Source of the DNA: an uncultured Chthoniobacteraceae bacterium | Lineage (GTDB): Bacteria > Verrucomicrobiota > Verrucomicrobiia > Chthoniobacterales > DYNR01 | DNA length: 64,000 nt | NCBI GenBank assembly: GCA_964595865.1 | Contig: CAZQRL010000002.1 | Location: forward strand, 85,605-149,604 | Reading direction: 5' to 3' | Shown: positions 27,410-36,308 of the stretch, one piece after another | How the letters are laid out: every line of letters begins with the position of its first letter | How positions within the stretch are numbered: position 1 is the stretch's first letter | The notes under the pieces: generated by a model | Told to the model about the DNA's origin: nothing | Databases searched by the model: none | The model's input: only the letters and a program-made list of their open reading frames with translations | Made by a program: the position numbers and the translations under genes

Positions 27410-28418
27410 TGCCCCGCCACGCCAGGCGCGGCGCGATTTCCACATCCCAATCCGACGGCGCTTCCATCGCCCGTCGCTGGGCGGCGACGTAGGCAATCAT
27501 GGCCGCATTATCCGTATGCAGCCCCTTCGGAGCCACCACGAGTTCCGCCCCGCAGTGTGCCAGAGCCTGTCGCAACTCCTGTTGCAAAAACTCATTGGCG
27601 CTTACGCCACCGCTCAGCCCGACAAGGCGAAGTCCCGTTTGTTCCACGGCCCGCAGGCATTTTTGTCTTAGACTTGCTCCTACGGCTGCGCGGAACGAGG
27701 CACAAAGGTCGGCCTGTTGGCCGGGAGTCAAAGGGCCACTGCGCTCAAGCAAATACCGCACGGCAGTTTTTAATCCGCTGAAACTAAAATCCAGATCGTC
27801 AGCACCTGAGAGCCCCCGGGGCAGCTCGTAGGCCTGCGGGTTGCCTGCGGCAGCCAAGCGATCCACCGCCAAGCCCCCGGGATACGGCAGACCAAGGAGC
27901 TTCCCCACCTTGTCAAAAGCCTCGCCCGCAGCGTCATCCCGGGTGCGCCCGAGAACCCTGTAACGCCCCAGTGCCTCCACTTGCACCAGCAACGTGTGGC
28001 CGCCACTCACAATTAAGGCCACATGCGGTGGAATCTCCGCACGGCCGAAAAATGGGGATAGCAGGTGGGCTTCGATATGGTTGATAGCATAGAAAGGTTT
28101 CCCAAGTGCCAACGCGATGCCCTTGGCGCAGGACAGCCCAACGAGCAGCGCTGGAGCCAGTCCAGGACCTTGGGTGGCCGCGACGCAATCCACCGAAGCC
28201 CAATCCCAACCTGCTTCCGCCAAGCTCGCACGCACCAGCCCGGGAAGAATCTCCAAATGGCTGCGGGAAGCGACTTCGGGAACCACTCCCCCGTGGGGTT
28301 GATGCAAATTCTCTTGGCTGGCGATGCGGGAAATGCACTGCTCTCCCAATCCTTCCAGACAGGCCACAGCCGTCTCATCGCAGCTGGATTCGATCGCTAA
28401 AATGCGCCTCGCTCTCAT
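27369..28418 (-). CDS. tsaD: tRNA N6-adenosine threonylcarbamoyltransferase TsaD
   Basis: ILAIESSCDETAVA, HGGVVPEVASRSH and GGVSANEFL are Kae1/TsaD motifs. ATGA overlap with the upstream DUF2723 gene. The 3' end overlaps the lexA 3' end by 41 nt. Confidence 0.92.
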   Translation of the reverse strand: MRARRILAIESSCDETAVACLEGLGEQCISRIASQENLHQPHGGVVPEVASRSHLEILPGLVRASLAEAGWDWASVDCVAATQGPGLAPALLVGLSCAKGIALALGKPFYAINHIEAHLLSPFFGRAEIPPHVALIVSGGHTLLVQVEALGRYRVLGRTRDDAAGEAFDKVGKLLGLPYPGGLAVDRLAAAGNPQAYELPRGLSGADDLDFSFSGLKTAVRYLLERSGPLTPGQQADLCASFRAAVGASLRQKCLRAVEQTGLRLVGLSGGVSANEFLQQELRQALAHCGAELVVAPKGLHTDNAAMIAYVAAQRRAMEAPSDWDVEIAPRLAWRGINIAATGLRELPG

Positions 28419-31210
28419 CGGATTTCGACCGCCCCCAGATGCTGCAAAAACTCGGGGCTCTGCAAGATGGGGCGCAGGTCGGGATGTTGCCGGGCCTCCC
28501 GACGGGCGGCGATATCATTTATCCGCAGAGCCTTGAGCAAACTCTCCTGCGCAGCATCGCCATCGCCGCTGCGGGCCTCAACCGCAGCGCGGGTCAGCCA
28601 AACCTGAAAATCCTCCGGTGCCAGCTCCGTGAGTTCTTGGGCCAGCGCCAGCGCCCGCGCTTTTTCGCCCACTTGCCAAGCCAGGCCGATGGAAAATTCC
28701 CGCCACTCCTTGCTCTGCGGTAAGGCTTTGCCACCCCGTTGCAAGACTTCCATCGCCTTCTCCTTCTCCACCACCCCGACCCACAGCTCTGCCAACTCCT
28801 GCCAGGCCGTGAGATCCTCGGGCGAAGCGGCGAGTTTTTTCTCCAACTCTGCGGCCTCCTCCTGCCGTGCTTTACGACGCTCTGCCACCGCTCGCAGAAT
28901 CCAGTAATAATCATTGTTGGGGTCAATCTGGGTCGCCAGCCGCCAGCGCTCGATGACCTCATCAAAACGCCCCTCCTCCCATTCCAGGCTGCTCAGAGGC
29001 AAAAGGGCCTCATCCTGCGTGGGATCTATCCGCAACGCTTGCCGGTAGGCTTGGACCGCAGCGGCGTTCATTTTCCGATCGCGATACAAATTCCCTTGGC
29101 TGGCCCGCAGCTTGGAAAAGGACTTGCGGGCATCATAATCGCGGAGAAATAGCGGATCGTTTTCCCACTGCTCGATCCATTTTTCCCAAAAAGCAAAATC
29201 CCGCTCCACCACTGCCGCGGGAATTTCATTTACCTGCTCGCTTTGCAACCGAATCAGAAATCCTTCCGGCCAGCCATAGCGATAGGTCCAGGGCATGGGA
29301 AAGCTCTCCTCAACAAAGAACTCGTGCTCATCTTTGTTGTGCTGAAAAATCCACTCTGCCACCGCCCCATGTGCCGCCAGGGAATCATCCCCCGCCTCCA
29401 GAACCTTCTGCACTTCCACCTTCACCTCTTCATCCGTCGGCAAAAGCAACGGCTTCTCAGGATACGTCTCGGCCCGGCCAAGCCATTTTTCCCAAGCGGA
29501 GCGAACCGGTGGACGCGCGGCGGAGTAGTGGTCGCGAATGTAGCGCAGGTAGAGGGGATCAATCACAGCATTTTGCGTGATGATGTAGAGATCGCGACGA
29601 TCGAAATCCGGATCCCGTTTCCATTTTTGCTCCACGGTTCCCTCTCCCAGAATCATCCAAGTAGGCACGAAGCGGCCCGGGTCGGTACCGCCAAAAACCA
29701 CCGCGTTTTTTGGCAGATCTGCCAACATCTCCCGACCGTAGAGCCAACCCCACCAATGCCCCCGCTGCGTGCTGCTGTCGTAGTTCTGCCAGATCGGCCA
29801 AGCCCATAATAACAGCGAGGTCGCAGCCAAAGGAGCCATCCAGGAGGCCCTCCGCCGCTGCAACCACGCATAAAAACATCCCGCTCCAAGGAACAGCCCC
29901 AAAGCGAAAGCCAGCATGGTGTAGGTATGGAAAGGCCTCTGCAGCCACCAGCCACTGCGATCAATCTTGGCATCATCCAAAGTGGGCTGCAGGAAAGCCG
30001 AGAGAAAAAAAGCCACCATCCCGACATACAGCCAGGTTCGTTGCGGCAGGTCCCCCCGTCGCAGCAGTCCGAATGCGAGGAAAAAAATCCCCAATCCCAC
30101 GGGCGAAAACCCCTCCAGCAACCGCGCCCAGAAAAAGCCCACCCATTGCTGCATGCGCACCAGCCGTCCGGGCTCTGGCACAAGGCTTTCCTCTCCCTGC
30201 GACTGCTCGCCCTCGGCCAAAGCCGCAGTCCCGGTAAGTTTGCCCACGGATTGGAGGAGCCGTTGATCCAGACTGCCCCAATACTGGCTGCGATTGATCG
30301 AAGCATAGAAACCTTCCGCCGTGCGCGTGTAGCACCAGTTCATCGGCGGATTCGTACTCGAGGCCAAAGGCAGATAGACATAGGGTAAAAGACCTGCCGC
30401 TACGGCCAGTGGCAGATAGGCCACCAAGCTCCACTCCATTTTCCCGCGACGCAGCAAGAGAAACCAGGCGAAGGCACCGAAAACCAACCAGGTGAAGCGT
30501 AGGGAGGTTTTCAAGGTGGGCCAATCCTGACTAAGCAACCCGAGAGCCAAGTAGAAAAGGCATGCGGTGAGCAAGGACGCCACCAGTAAATCTGCCAGCA
30601 ACTCCCGGCGTAAAAGCAGCACCACCAAAAAAGGCAGCGGCACCCAGGCCAGCGCCAAATGATGATTGGCAAAGGCCAAGGCGAGAAAAAAGAAAGCCCA
30701 GAGCAGCCGGGCCAGGCTCTGCGGCTCTCGCACAAATCCATAGAGCGTTACTAGAAAGGCACCACAGAGCAGCGCGTGCAAGGTATAGACCTCGGCGATT
30801 ACCGCCTGCGACCAGACCGGCTCGGTCAGGGCAAAAAACCCGCTGATCAGGACAGCCGTAAGTTGCCGCACCAGGGGTGGCAGCTCAGAGAAAATCCACC
30901 GCAAGACACTCGATCCCAGCGCAGCCAACAAACCTGCCGCCAACGCCCCCAGCAGCCCGGAGAAGAGCGCCACTTCCCAAGCCGGATGGCCCAAAGGCAG
31001 CAACTGCCAAAGCCAGGCCAGGAAAGTCCAGAGGGGATAGCCAGTCGGATGCGGCACCCCAAAATGCACTGCCGCTGTAAGAAATTCCCCGGAATCCAAC
31101 AACGTCACTCCCGGCGCGGCCGTCCATGTGTAAACCGCCATGGCCAAAACTGCCACGACTCCGCCCGTGAACCAGTCCACGCGCTCGAAAATCACCGGAC
31201 GTTCTTTCAT
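28415..31210 (-). CDS. DUF2723-type polytopic membrane protein (GT-C-like glycosyltransferase) with C-terminal TPR domain
   Basis: The N-terminal signature is TAAPGVTLLDSGEFLTAAVHFGVPHPTGYPLW, followed by about 11 TM helices. The C-terminal ~330 aa are TPR-like repeats (NLYRDRKMNAAAVQAYRQALRIDP..., EEGRFDEVIERWRLATQIDP...). ATG 31210 gives an ATGA overlap with the upstream stop. The track start at 31237 is a TTG. Confidence 0.8.
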   Translation of the reverse strand: MKERPVIFERVDWFTGGVVAVLAMAVYTWTAAPGVTLLDSGEFLTAAVHFGVPHPTGYPLWTFLAWLWQLLPLGHPAWEVALFSGLLGALAAGLLAALGSSVLRWIFSELPPLVRQLTAVLISGFFALTEPVWSQAVIAEVYTLHALLCGAFLVTLYGFVREPQSLARLLWAFFFLALAFANHHLALAWVPLPFLVVLLLRRELLADLLVASLLTACLFYLALGLLSQDWPTLKTSLRFTWLVFGAFAWFLLLRRGKMEWSLVAYLPLAVAAGLLPYVYLPLASSTNPPMNWCYTRTAEGFYASINRSQYWGSLDQRLLQSVGKLTGTAALAEGEQSQGEESLVPEPGRLVRMQQWVGFFWARLLEGFSPVGLGIFFLAFGLLRRGDLPQRTWLYVGMVAFFLSAFLQPTLDDAKIDRSGWWLQRPFHTYTMLAFALGLFLGAGCFYAWLQRRRASWMAPLAATSLLLWAWPIWQNYDSSTQRGHWWGWLYGREMLADLPKNAVVFGGTDPGRFVPTWMILGEGTVEQKWKRDPDFDRRDLYIITQNAVIDPLYLRYIRDHYSAARPPVRSAWEKWLGRAETYPEKPLLLPTDEEVKVEVQKVLEAGDDSLAAHGAVAEWIFQHNKDEHEFFVEESFPMPWTYRYGWPEGFLIRLQSEQVNEIPAAVVERDFAFWEKWIEQWENDPLFLRDYDARKSFSKLRASQGNLYRDRKMNAAAVQAYRQALRIDPTQDEALLPLSSLEWEEGRFDEVIERWRLATQIDPNNDYYWILRAVAERRKARQEEAAELEKKLAASPEDLTAWQELAELWVGVVEKEKAMEVLQRGGKALPQSKEWREFSIGLAWQVGEKARALALAQELTELAPEDFQVWLTRAAVEARSGDGDAAQESLLKALRINDIAARREARQHPDLRPILQSPEFLQHLGAVEIR

Positions 31211-34200
31211 CGCCAAACCAAAGTCGGCACCCGCCAAACCGCCTCGCGCACAATGCCCGGGTTCATTTTACTGCATCCCCCTTCACGCTCCGTAAAAACA
31301 ATTGGCTCCTCTGCCAAACGGAAACCGGCTTGCCAGAGGCGGAAGTGTAGTTCGATTTGAAAAGCGTATCCCTCAGCTTGCAAAGTCTCCGGTGCCACGA
31401 TTCTCAAGGCCTCCGCCCGCATGGCTTTGAGCCCACTGGTGGCATCGGTGAGCGGCAAACCCGTCCAGAATCGCACATACTTGGTCGCTCCGCAACTGAG
31501 CCACAGCCGGGTGCGAGGCCAATTTTCCACCCGACTGCCTGGCAGATACCGCGATCCGATAGCTACCTCCGCCTCCCCCTGATTCACCCGCTCGACTAAT
31601 TTCCGTGCATCCTCCGCGTGGTGGGATCCATCCCCATCCATCGTCACGATGCAGGCGAAATCCTCCCGGAGCACTTCTCGCAGCGCCTCCCGGTAGGCAC
31701 TACCCAATCCCGCCTTGGTTGGTCTTTCCAGTAATTTCAACCCCGGAAATTCCCCCATCATCTCCCGCACAAGCTCCCGCGTGCCATCGGTTGAGGCGTC
31801 ATCAATTACCCACACCCCAGCCTTAGGCAGCTCTGAAAAAACTTCGCGCAGGACTTTTTCCACACTCGCCCGCTCGTTGTGTGTGGGAATCAAGACGGCC
31901 ACGCGGGCCTCGGAGACAGACTCTGACGCCGGTCGCAGAACGATCTCCCGCGAAGCCAGCAAAAACCTTCGCCACGTTTGCGGCCAGAATCTCGCCAGTG
32001 GCCAAGCGCACAAGCCCAGCAGCGCCAGGACCCAGCCCACACCCCCCGTTATCAAACCCGCGCCATACCACCAGGGCTCCCGCAAAGCAAAAATCAGCTC
32101 CCGAGCCCCCGATGGCACCTCAGCCGCACAAAGTGCCCCCCAAGCCGCCTGCACGGGCACCTCTGCTCCATCCACCCAAGCCCGCCAATCCGGATGCCAA
32201 GCCTGGGCTAGGATCACCAACCCCGGCTGACCGTCGAGGGAGATCCTCCAGCGCGCGGCCTTTTCTGCCGCAGCCGCCAACGGCACAAACTCCCCCCGGT
32301 GCTCGATGGCCAGCTCCGGCTGATCTGCCGCAGCTTGGACATCCACCACCGCCGCAACGTTGAACTCCGCCAGTGACACCCCACGAACGAGCTCCGGCAG
32401 ACTATCCCCGATCGCCACCCACTCTGTCGCCCGGTAAGCCATCGGCAAGGCGCGCAGATTTCGCAGTAGCAAAATTTCCCGCCCCTCAAAAAGCACCTCC
32501 CCCTCCTTTTGCCACCGCTCCGCCTGCGCCGAGTCTCCCTGCGGATCGTTCCGATCAATGAGAATGTAGCGCACAGCCCCAACCCGTGAGATGTCACGCT
32601 GCAAGGTGGCATCGCTCCAAGCCAGCGCTTGCAGCCTGGCCATCCCGCGCAACATGAAGTTGCTGTGTCCGGCCTCGGTCCATAGAGGCTGGCCGCCCTT
32701 CCAGGGCACTTGCATGTAAAAGTAACGCCCAGAGAGCGGCAGCACCCATCCTGCGGTCGGCTGCTGTCGCAAAACTCGCATTGCTGCCGCAAACTCCTCC
32801 ATCACCGCCCCGGGCATGCGCATCTGCAAAAAGAATATCCACCCATGGCTCGCCTCAAGGATCAGCATCACCCCGGCTGCCACTCCCCCCAAGAGTCGCC
32901 AGCGTAGCTTTGGCAGCTCAGCCAGTAACGCCACCACCGACAACCCGGCCGTGACGCTCCAGCAAACCGTGCCCGCCAGAATCCAGAAGCTATCCGGAGC
33001 CCGCAAATTTGCCAAGGGCGGGAAAATCTCCAAAATCCGGAACCCTGGCACCAGAAGATAAATCCCAAGGAGAAGAGCATAAATCAACCCCCGGCTCTCC
33101 GGGTGCGCTCTGCTCCGCGGCACGAGCCACCAAAGCAGCAAACAAGCTCCGATGAGCGCTCCCCAAACGGGCAAAATGGCGAAATCCTCCAGCCCCTCCG
33201 CCTGCCCCAGGAGATAGAATTGTCCCGCCAATACTCCGCGCGGACCATGTGAGAGCCACTGCAAAAACAGACTCGCCCTAGCAAAAATCCGCAAGGCAGC
33301 AAGCCACTCTGCCGGACTTCGCTGCTCCCGCCAATTCCACCACACCACCCCAAGCAGCGCCAGGACCCCGACCCACGTTAAGTAGTATCCTCCCCGGGCC
33401 ACCAAGAGCGAATCCGGCAATCCGCCTAACAGCTCCCCTCCCCGATCCAACCCGCTCACCACCGCCGGTTGGGAAAAAATCTGCTGCCACTCCGCGAACG
33501 GCGCATAGCGAAAGACTGCCATAAAATCGAACTCCCGCAGCAGCGAAAGCACGGGCAGCACCCCCAACCAAAGAACCAAGCAAAGCACCACCACTCCACC
33601 TCGCCAAAGCTGCGGACGCCATTCCGGCCGCGCCCAATACAACCCCAAACCTACCGCGGCTAGCCCGACCGCCAACGTTGCGCCAATCTTGCTCGCCGCC
33701 AGCCAGACCCAACTGAAAGCCACCGCCAGCAGCAAAAAATCCATCGGCGCGCCTCGTCTGCCAACGCGCCACAGGGCCCAGAAAGCCAAGGGCACAAAAG
33801 GATAACAGGCGACAATGGTCATGTGCTCGACCCAGGCCAGTCGCAGAAGCACCTGCGCCGAGAAAAAATAAAAACTCCCGACCGCCACTCCGACCCAGCC
33901 ATTCCGACCGACCGCCCGACCCAGCCCATAGGCCGCCATTCCGCCGAGCCACCAATACAGCAGGCCGCCGAGTTTGAAAGCCGCCACTGGCTCGATGCCC
34001 TGGGACAACAAGGCGTAAAGCGGCAGCGCGGTCACGTAGCTCAAAACTCCGGCCATGCTGTAGCCGCCCATGGAAGTCGGATTCCACCAGGGAATACCGC
34101 CTTCCCGTTGCCACAACTCCACAACAGTGGAGATCCGCCCCACGTAGTCCGCCAGCTCCTGCCCACTCAGCGGCAAAGCCAGCCAATACTTGCCCGCAAG

Positions 34201-34266
34201 GGTGGCAAACCCCAGCGTGACCAAGGCAAAAATCCAGCCTGGACGCACTCGGGACTCAGTCCCCAT
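31207..34266 (-). CDS. Fusion protein: large polytopic membrane domain (YfhO/GT-C-like) + C-terminal GT2 polyprenol-phosphate sugar synthase (Dpm1/PPM-synthase-like)
   Basis: The C-terminal 231 aa (31210..31902) read VAVLIPTHNE...VWVIDDASTDGT...IVTMDGDGSH...IGSRY...DATSGLKAM...GYAFQIE, a dolichyl/polyprenyl-phosphate mannosyltransferase-type GT2. The N-terminal ~790 aa have many TM helices. Start placed at ATG 34266 (MGTESRV...) because the track start at 34485 lies inside galE. Confidence 0.8.
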   Translation of the reverse strand: MGTESRVRPGWIFALVTLGFATLAGKYWLALPLSGQELADYVGRISTVVELWQREGGIPWWNPTSMGGYSMAGVLSYVTALPLYALLSQGIEPVAAFKLGGLLYWWLGGMAAYGLGRAVGRNGWVGVAVGSFYFFSAQVLLRLAWVEHMTIVACYPFVPLAFWALWRVGRRGAPMDFLLLAVAFSWVWLAASKIGATLAVGLAAVGLGLYWARPEWRPQLWRGGVVVLCLVLWLGVLPVLSLLREFDFMAVFRYAPFAEWQQIFSQPAVVSGLDRGGELLGGLPDSLLVARGGYYLTWVGVLALLGVVWWNWREQRSPAEWLAALRIFARASLFLQWLSHGPRGVLAGQFYLLGQAEGLEDFAILPVWGALIGACLLLWWLVPRSRAHPESRGLIYALLLGIYLLVPGFRILEIFPPLANLRAPDSFWILAGTVCWSVTAGLSVVALLAELPKLRWRLLGGVAAGVMLILEASHGWIFFLQMRMPGAVMEEFAAAMRVLRQQPTAGWVLPLSGRYFYMQVPWKGGQPLWTEAGHSNFMLRGMARLQALAWSDATLQRDISRVGAVRYILIDRNDPQGDSAQAERWQKEGEVLFEGREILLLRNLRALPMAYRATEWVAIGDSLPELVRGVSLAEFNVAAVVDVQAAADQPELAIEHRGEFVPLAAAAEKAARWRISLDGQPGLVILAQAWHPDWRAWVDGAEVPVQAAWGALCAAEVPSGARELIFALREPWWYGAGLITGGVGWVLALLGLCAWPLARFWPQTWRRFLLASREIVLRPASESVSEARVAVLIPTHNERASVEKVLREVFSELPKAGVWVIDDASTDGTRELVREMMGEFPGLKLLERPTKAGLGSAYREALREVLREDFACIVTMDGDGSHHAEDARKLVERVNQGEAEVAIGSRYLPGSRVENWPRTRLWLSCGATKYVRFWTGLPLTDATSGLKAMRAEALRIVAPETLQAEGYAFQIELHFRLWQAGFRLAEEPIVFTEREGGCSKMNPGIVREAVWRVPTLVWR

Positions 34267-35230
34267 ACCCGTGCGGATGAGCCAGGTGCCAGGCCCAGGC
34301 ACTCTCGATAATCGTCCGCACGTCTTGGTATTTCGGCACCCAACCCAGCTCTTGGCGGATCTTATCCGAAGCGGCGATGAGCCGCGGCGGATCGCCGGGC
34401 CGGCGCGGCTTTTCCACAGCCTGGATCTCCCGCCCGGTAACGGCCCGGCAGGTTTCGATGATTTCCCGCACCGAGGTTCCCCCACCGGTCCCTAAATTGT
34501 AGAAGGCGCTTTTCTCCACCCGCAGAGCCAACATGTGTGCCGAAGCCAAATCTTTGATGTGAATGTAGTCCCGGATACAAGTGCCATCCGGGGTTTCGTA
34601 GTCCGTCCCCAAAATCTCCACCGCCTCTTTCTGCCCCAGCGCGACTTTAAGCACATTGGGGATCAAATGAGTCTCAATCCGATGGTCCTCGCCAAATTGT
34701 CGTCCCGCTCCAGCAGCATTGAAATACCGCAAGGCGACGAAGCGCAGCCCGTGAATCTCATCATACCAACGGAGGATTTTCTCAAACAGCAGCTTGGACT
34801 CACCATACGGATTGATGGGACGCTGCGGTAAGGTCTCATCAATCGGCATCCGCTCCGGAATGCCGAAGGTCGCGCAAGTCGAGGAAAAAACCAGATTCCG
34901 CACCCCGCAGTCCACCATCGCATCAAGCAGGTTAATTCCCGCAGCGACATTGTTGCGGAAATACTTCGAGGGATTCTGCATGGATTCGCCCACCAGCGCA
35001 TTAGCCGCAAAGTGCATGACCCCCTCCGGCTGGCACTCCTCCATCGCATGCCGAATGACATCCCGGTCCGCTAGGTCCCCTTGGAAAAACCTGGCCCGCA
35101 CATCCACCGCCGAGCGATGCCCCTCGCTCAAGTTGTCGAAGACCGCCACTTCATACCCAGCATCCAACAGCTCCTCCACACAGACACTGCCGATATAACC
35201 AGCGCCACCAACCACCAAAATTCTCTTCAT
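34256..35230 (-). CDS. galE: UDP-glucose 4-epimerase
   Basis: GGAGYIGS Rossmann motif, extended-SDR layout, YGESKLLFE (YxxxK) and NLGTGGGTSV. Confidence 0.92.
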   Translation of the reverse strand: MKRILVVGGAGYIGSVCVEELLDAGYEVAVFDNLSEGHRSAVDVRARFFQGDLADRDVIRHAMEECQPEGVMHFAANALVGESMQNPSKYFRNNVAAGINLLDAMVDCGVRNLVFSSTCATFGIPERMPIDETLPQRPINPYGESKLLFEKILRWYDEIHGLRFVALRYFNAAGAGRQFGEDHRIETHLIPNVLKVALGQKEAVEILGTDYETPDGTCIRDYIHIKDLASAHMLALRVEKSAFYNLGTGGGTSVREIIETCRAVTGREIQAVEKPRRPGDPPRLIAASDKIRQELGWVPKYQDVRTIIESAWAWHLAHPHGYGD

Positions 35231-35264
35231 AGGGCTGCCGTTGATAGCGAATCGAAAGCCAAAT

Positions 35265-35281
35265 CACAAGCCCGGCTTGTG
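35265..35281 (-). terminator. Possible intrinsic terminator hairpin after the mrp operon
   Basis: CACAAGC-ccg-GCTTGTG is a perfect 7-bp stem with a 3-nt loop, 73 nt downstream of the mrpG stop. On the transcribed (minus) strand it is followed by ATTTGGCTTTCG, only a moderately U-rich tail. Confidence 0.35.
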
Positions 35282-35353
35282 CCATCCAAAAACCGCTCAG
35301 AACGCCACAGGGGTCTGATAAACGCCCCCCTAATTCCCCGTTTCAGCTTGCGC

Positions 35354-35710
35354 TCAAGGATCGAGCTGCTGGTGGTCCGAGCGGTATTTTCCGGCTAATT
35401 CGTCCAGGCGAGTTTTGTCACTCAAAGCCGAGTTGTGCAGATACGCCGCGCGGCTGAGCATGTGGGCCGCGATCGGGGCCGTAAGGAAAATGAAGGCGAT
35501 GATGAGAGCCGACTTGAGCAAAACCGCAGGCGTGGGATCTTGCATGGCCACCGCCAATAGCATCAGCCCCAAACCAAGGGATCCGGCTTTGGTGGCCGCA
35601 TGCATCCGCATATACACATCTTTGAAACGCCAAGTTCCCAAACCGGCCACGAAAACAAAAAATGCTCCCAGCGCCCCAGCAATCCACGAGATCCAATCCA
35701 CCAAGGTCAT
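35354..35710 (-). CDS. mrpG: Na+/H+ antiporter Mrp/Mnh subunit G
   Basis: A 118-aa, 3-TM protein at the last position of a seven-gene mrp-type operon, with a 4-nt overlap with mrpF. Confidence 0.85.
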   Translation of the reverse strand: MTLVDWISWIAGALGAFFVFVAGLGTWRFKDVYMRMHAATKAGSLGLGLMLLAVAMQDPTPAVLLKSALIIAFIFLTAPIAAHMLSRAAYLHNSALSDKTRLDELAGKYRSDHQQLDP

Positions 35711-35967
35711 TGCTTCATCCTCTCTAAGTAGCGCGCCACGGCGATGGTGCCGAGAAAAAGCACAATCGCCACAACCAACAGGACATCCAGGTAAAGGGAC
35801 TGTCCGCTTTGCAACATGTTCGCCGCGATGAAACCGAGAATGACAAACCCCAGCAGATCGAGCGCTACTACCCGGTCCACCAAGGTCGGACCACGTAGCA
35901 ACCGCAGAAGAGAGAAGATAAATCCCAGCGTGAGGAAGAGAGTGCTAATGAAGAAGAAAGTTCCCAT
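35707..35967 (-). CDS. mrpF: Na+/H+ antiporter Mrp/Mnh subunit F
   Basis: 86 aa and 3 TM helices (LRLLRGPTLVDRVVALDLL motif typical of MrpF/MnhF). Confidence 0.85.
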   Translation of the reverse strand: MGTFFFISTLFLTLGFIFSLLRLLRGPTLVDRVVALDLLGFVILGFIAANMLQSGQSLYLDVLLVVAIVLFLGTIAVARYLERMKQ

Positions 35968-35969
35968 GG

Positions 35970-36308
35970 CTAATCCCGCAAGAGGCGCAAGACCCGCGCT
36001 TCAAAGTTCTCTTTGAGCCCCCGTTTCAATTCCTCTACATCGCCGGTGAACATGGTGTGGATATAGAGCGTTTGCCGATCACTGGAGACATCCATGCTGA
36101 GCGTGCCGGGTGTCATACTGATGAGGTTGGCCACGACGAGGAGTTCCAGATCCGTGCGAGCTTCGAGCGGCAGGGCAATAATCGAAGGGTCGGAGTGATC
36201 TGTCGGGGTCAGCACATCGTAAGCCACCCGCAGGTTGGAAATGAGCACTTCCCCCAAATAAAAGAGCAGGAAATTTCCCGCCTGCCAAATTTTGCGCGAC
36301 CACTTCAT
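35970..36308 (-). CDS. mrpE: Na+/H+ antiporter Mrp/Mnh subunit E
   Basis: FLLFYLGEVLISNLRVAYDVLTP is typical of MrpE. ATG 36308 gives an ATGA overlap with mrpD. The track start at 36395 lies inside mrpD. Confidence 0.8.
   Translation of the reverse strand: MKWSRKIWQAGNFLLFYLGEVLISNLRVAYDVLTPTDHSDPSIIALPLEARTDLELLVVANLISMTPGTLSMDVSSDRQTLYIHTMFTGDVEELKRGLKENFEARVLRLLRD

Noticed and set aside
34267-34485. Upstream extension of the membrane::GT2 fusion ORF (start at 34485)
   Set aside because: It would overlap galE by 230 nt in another frame. The first hydrophobic segment follows the internal ATG at 34266.
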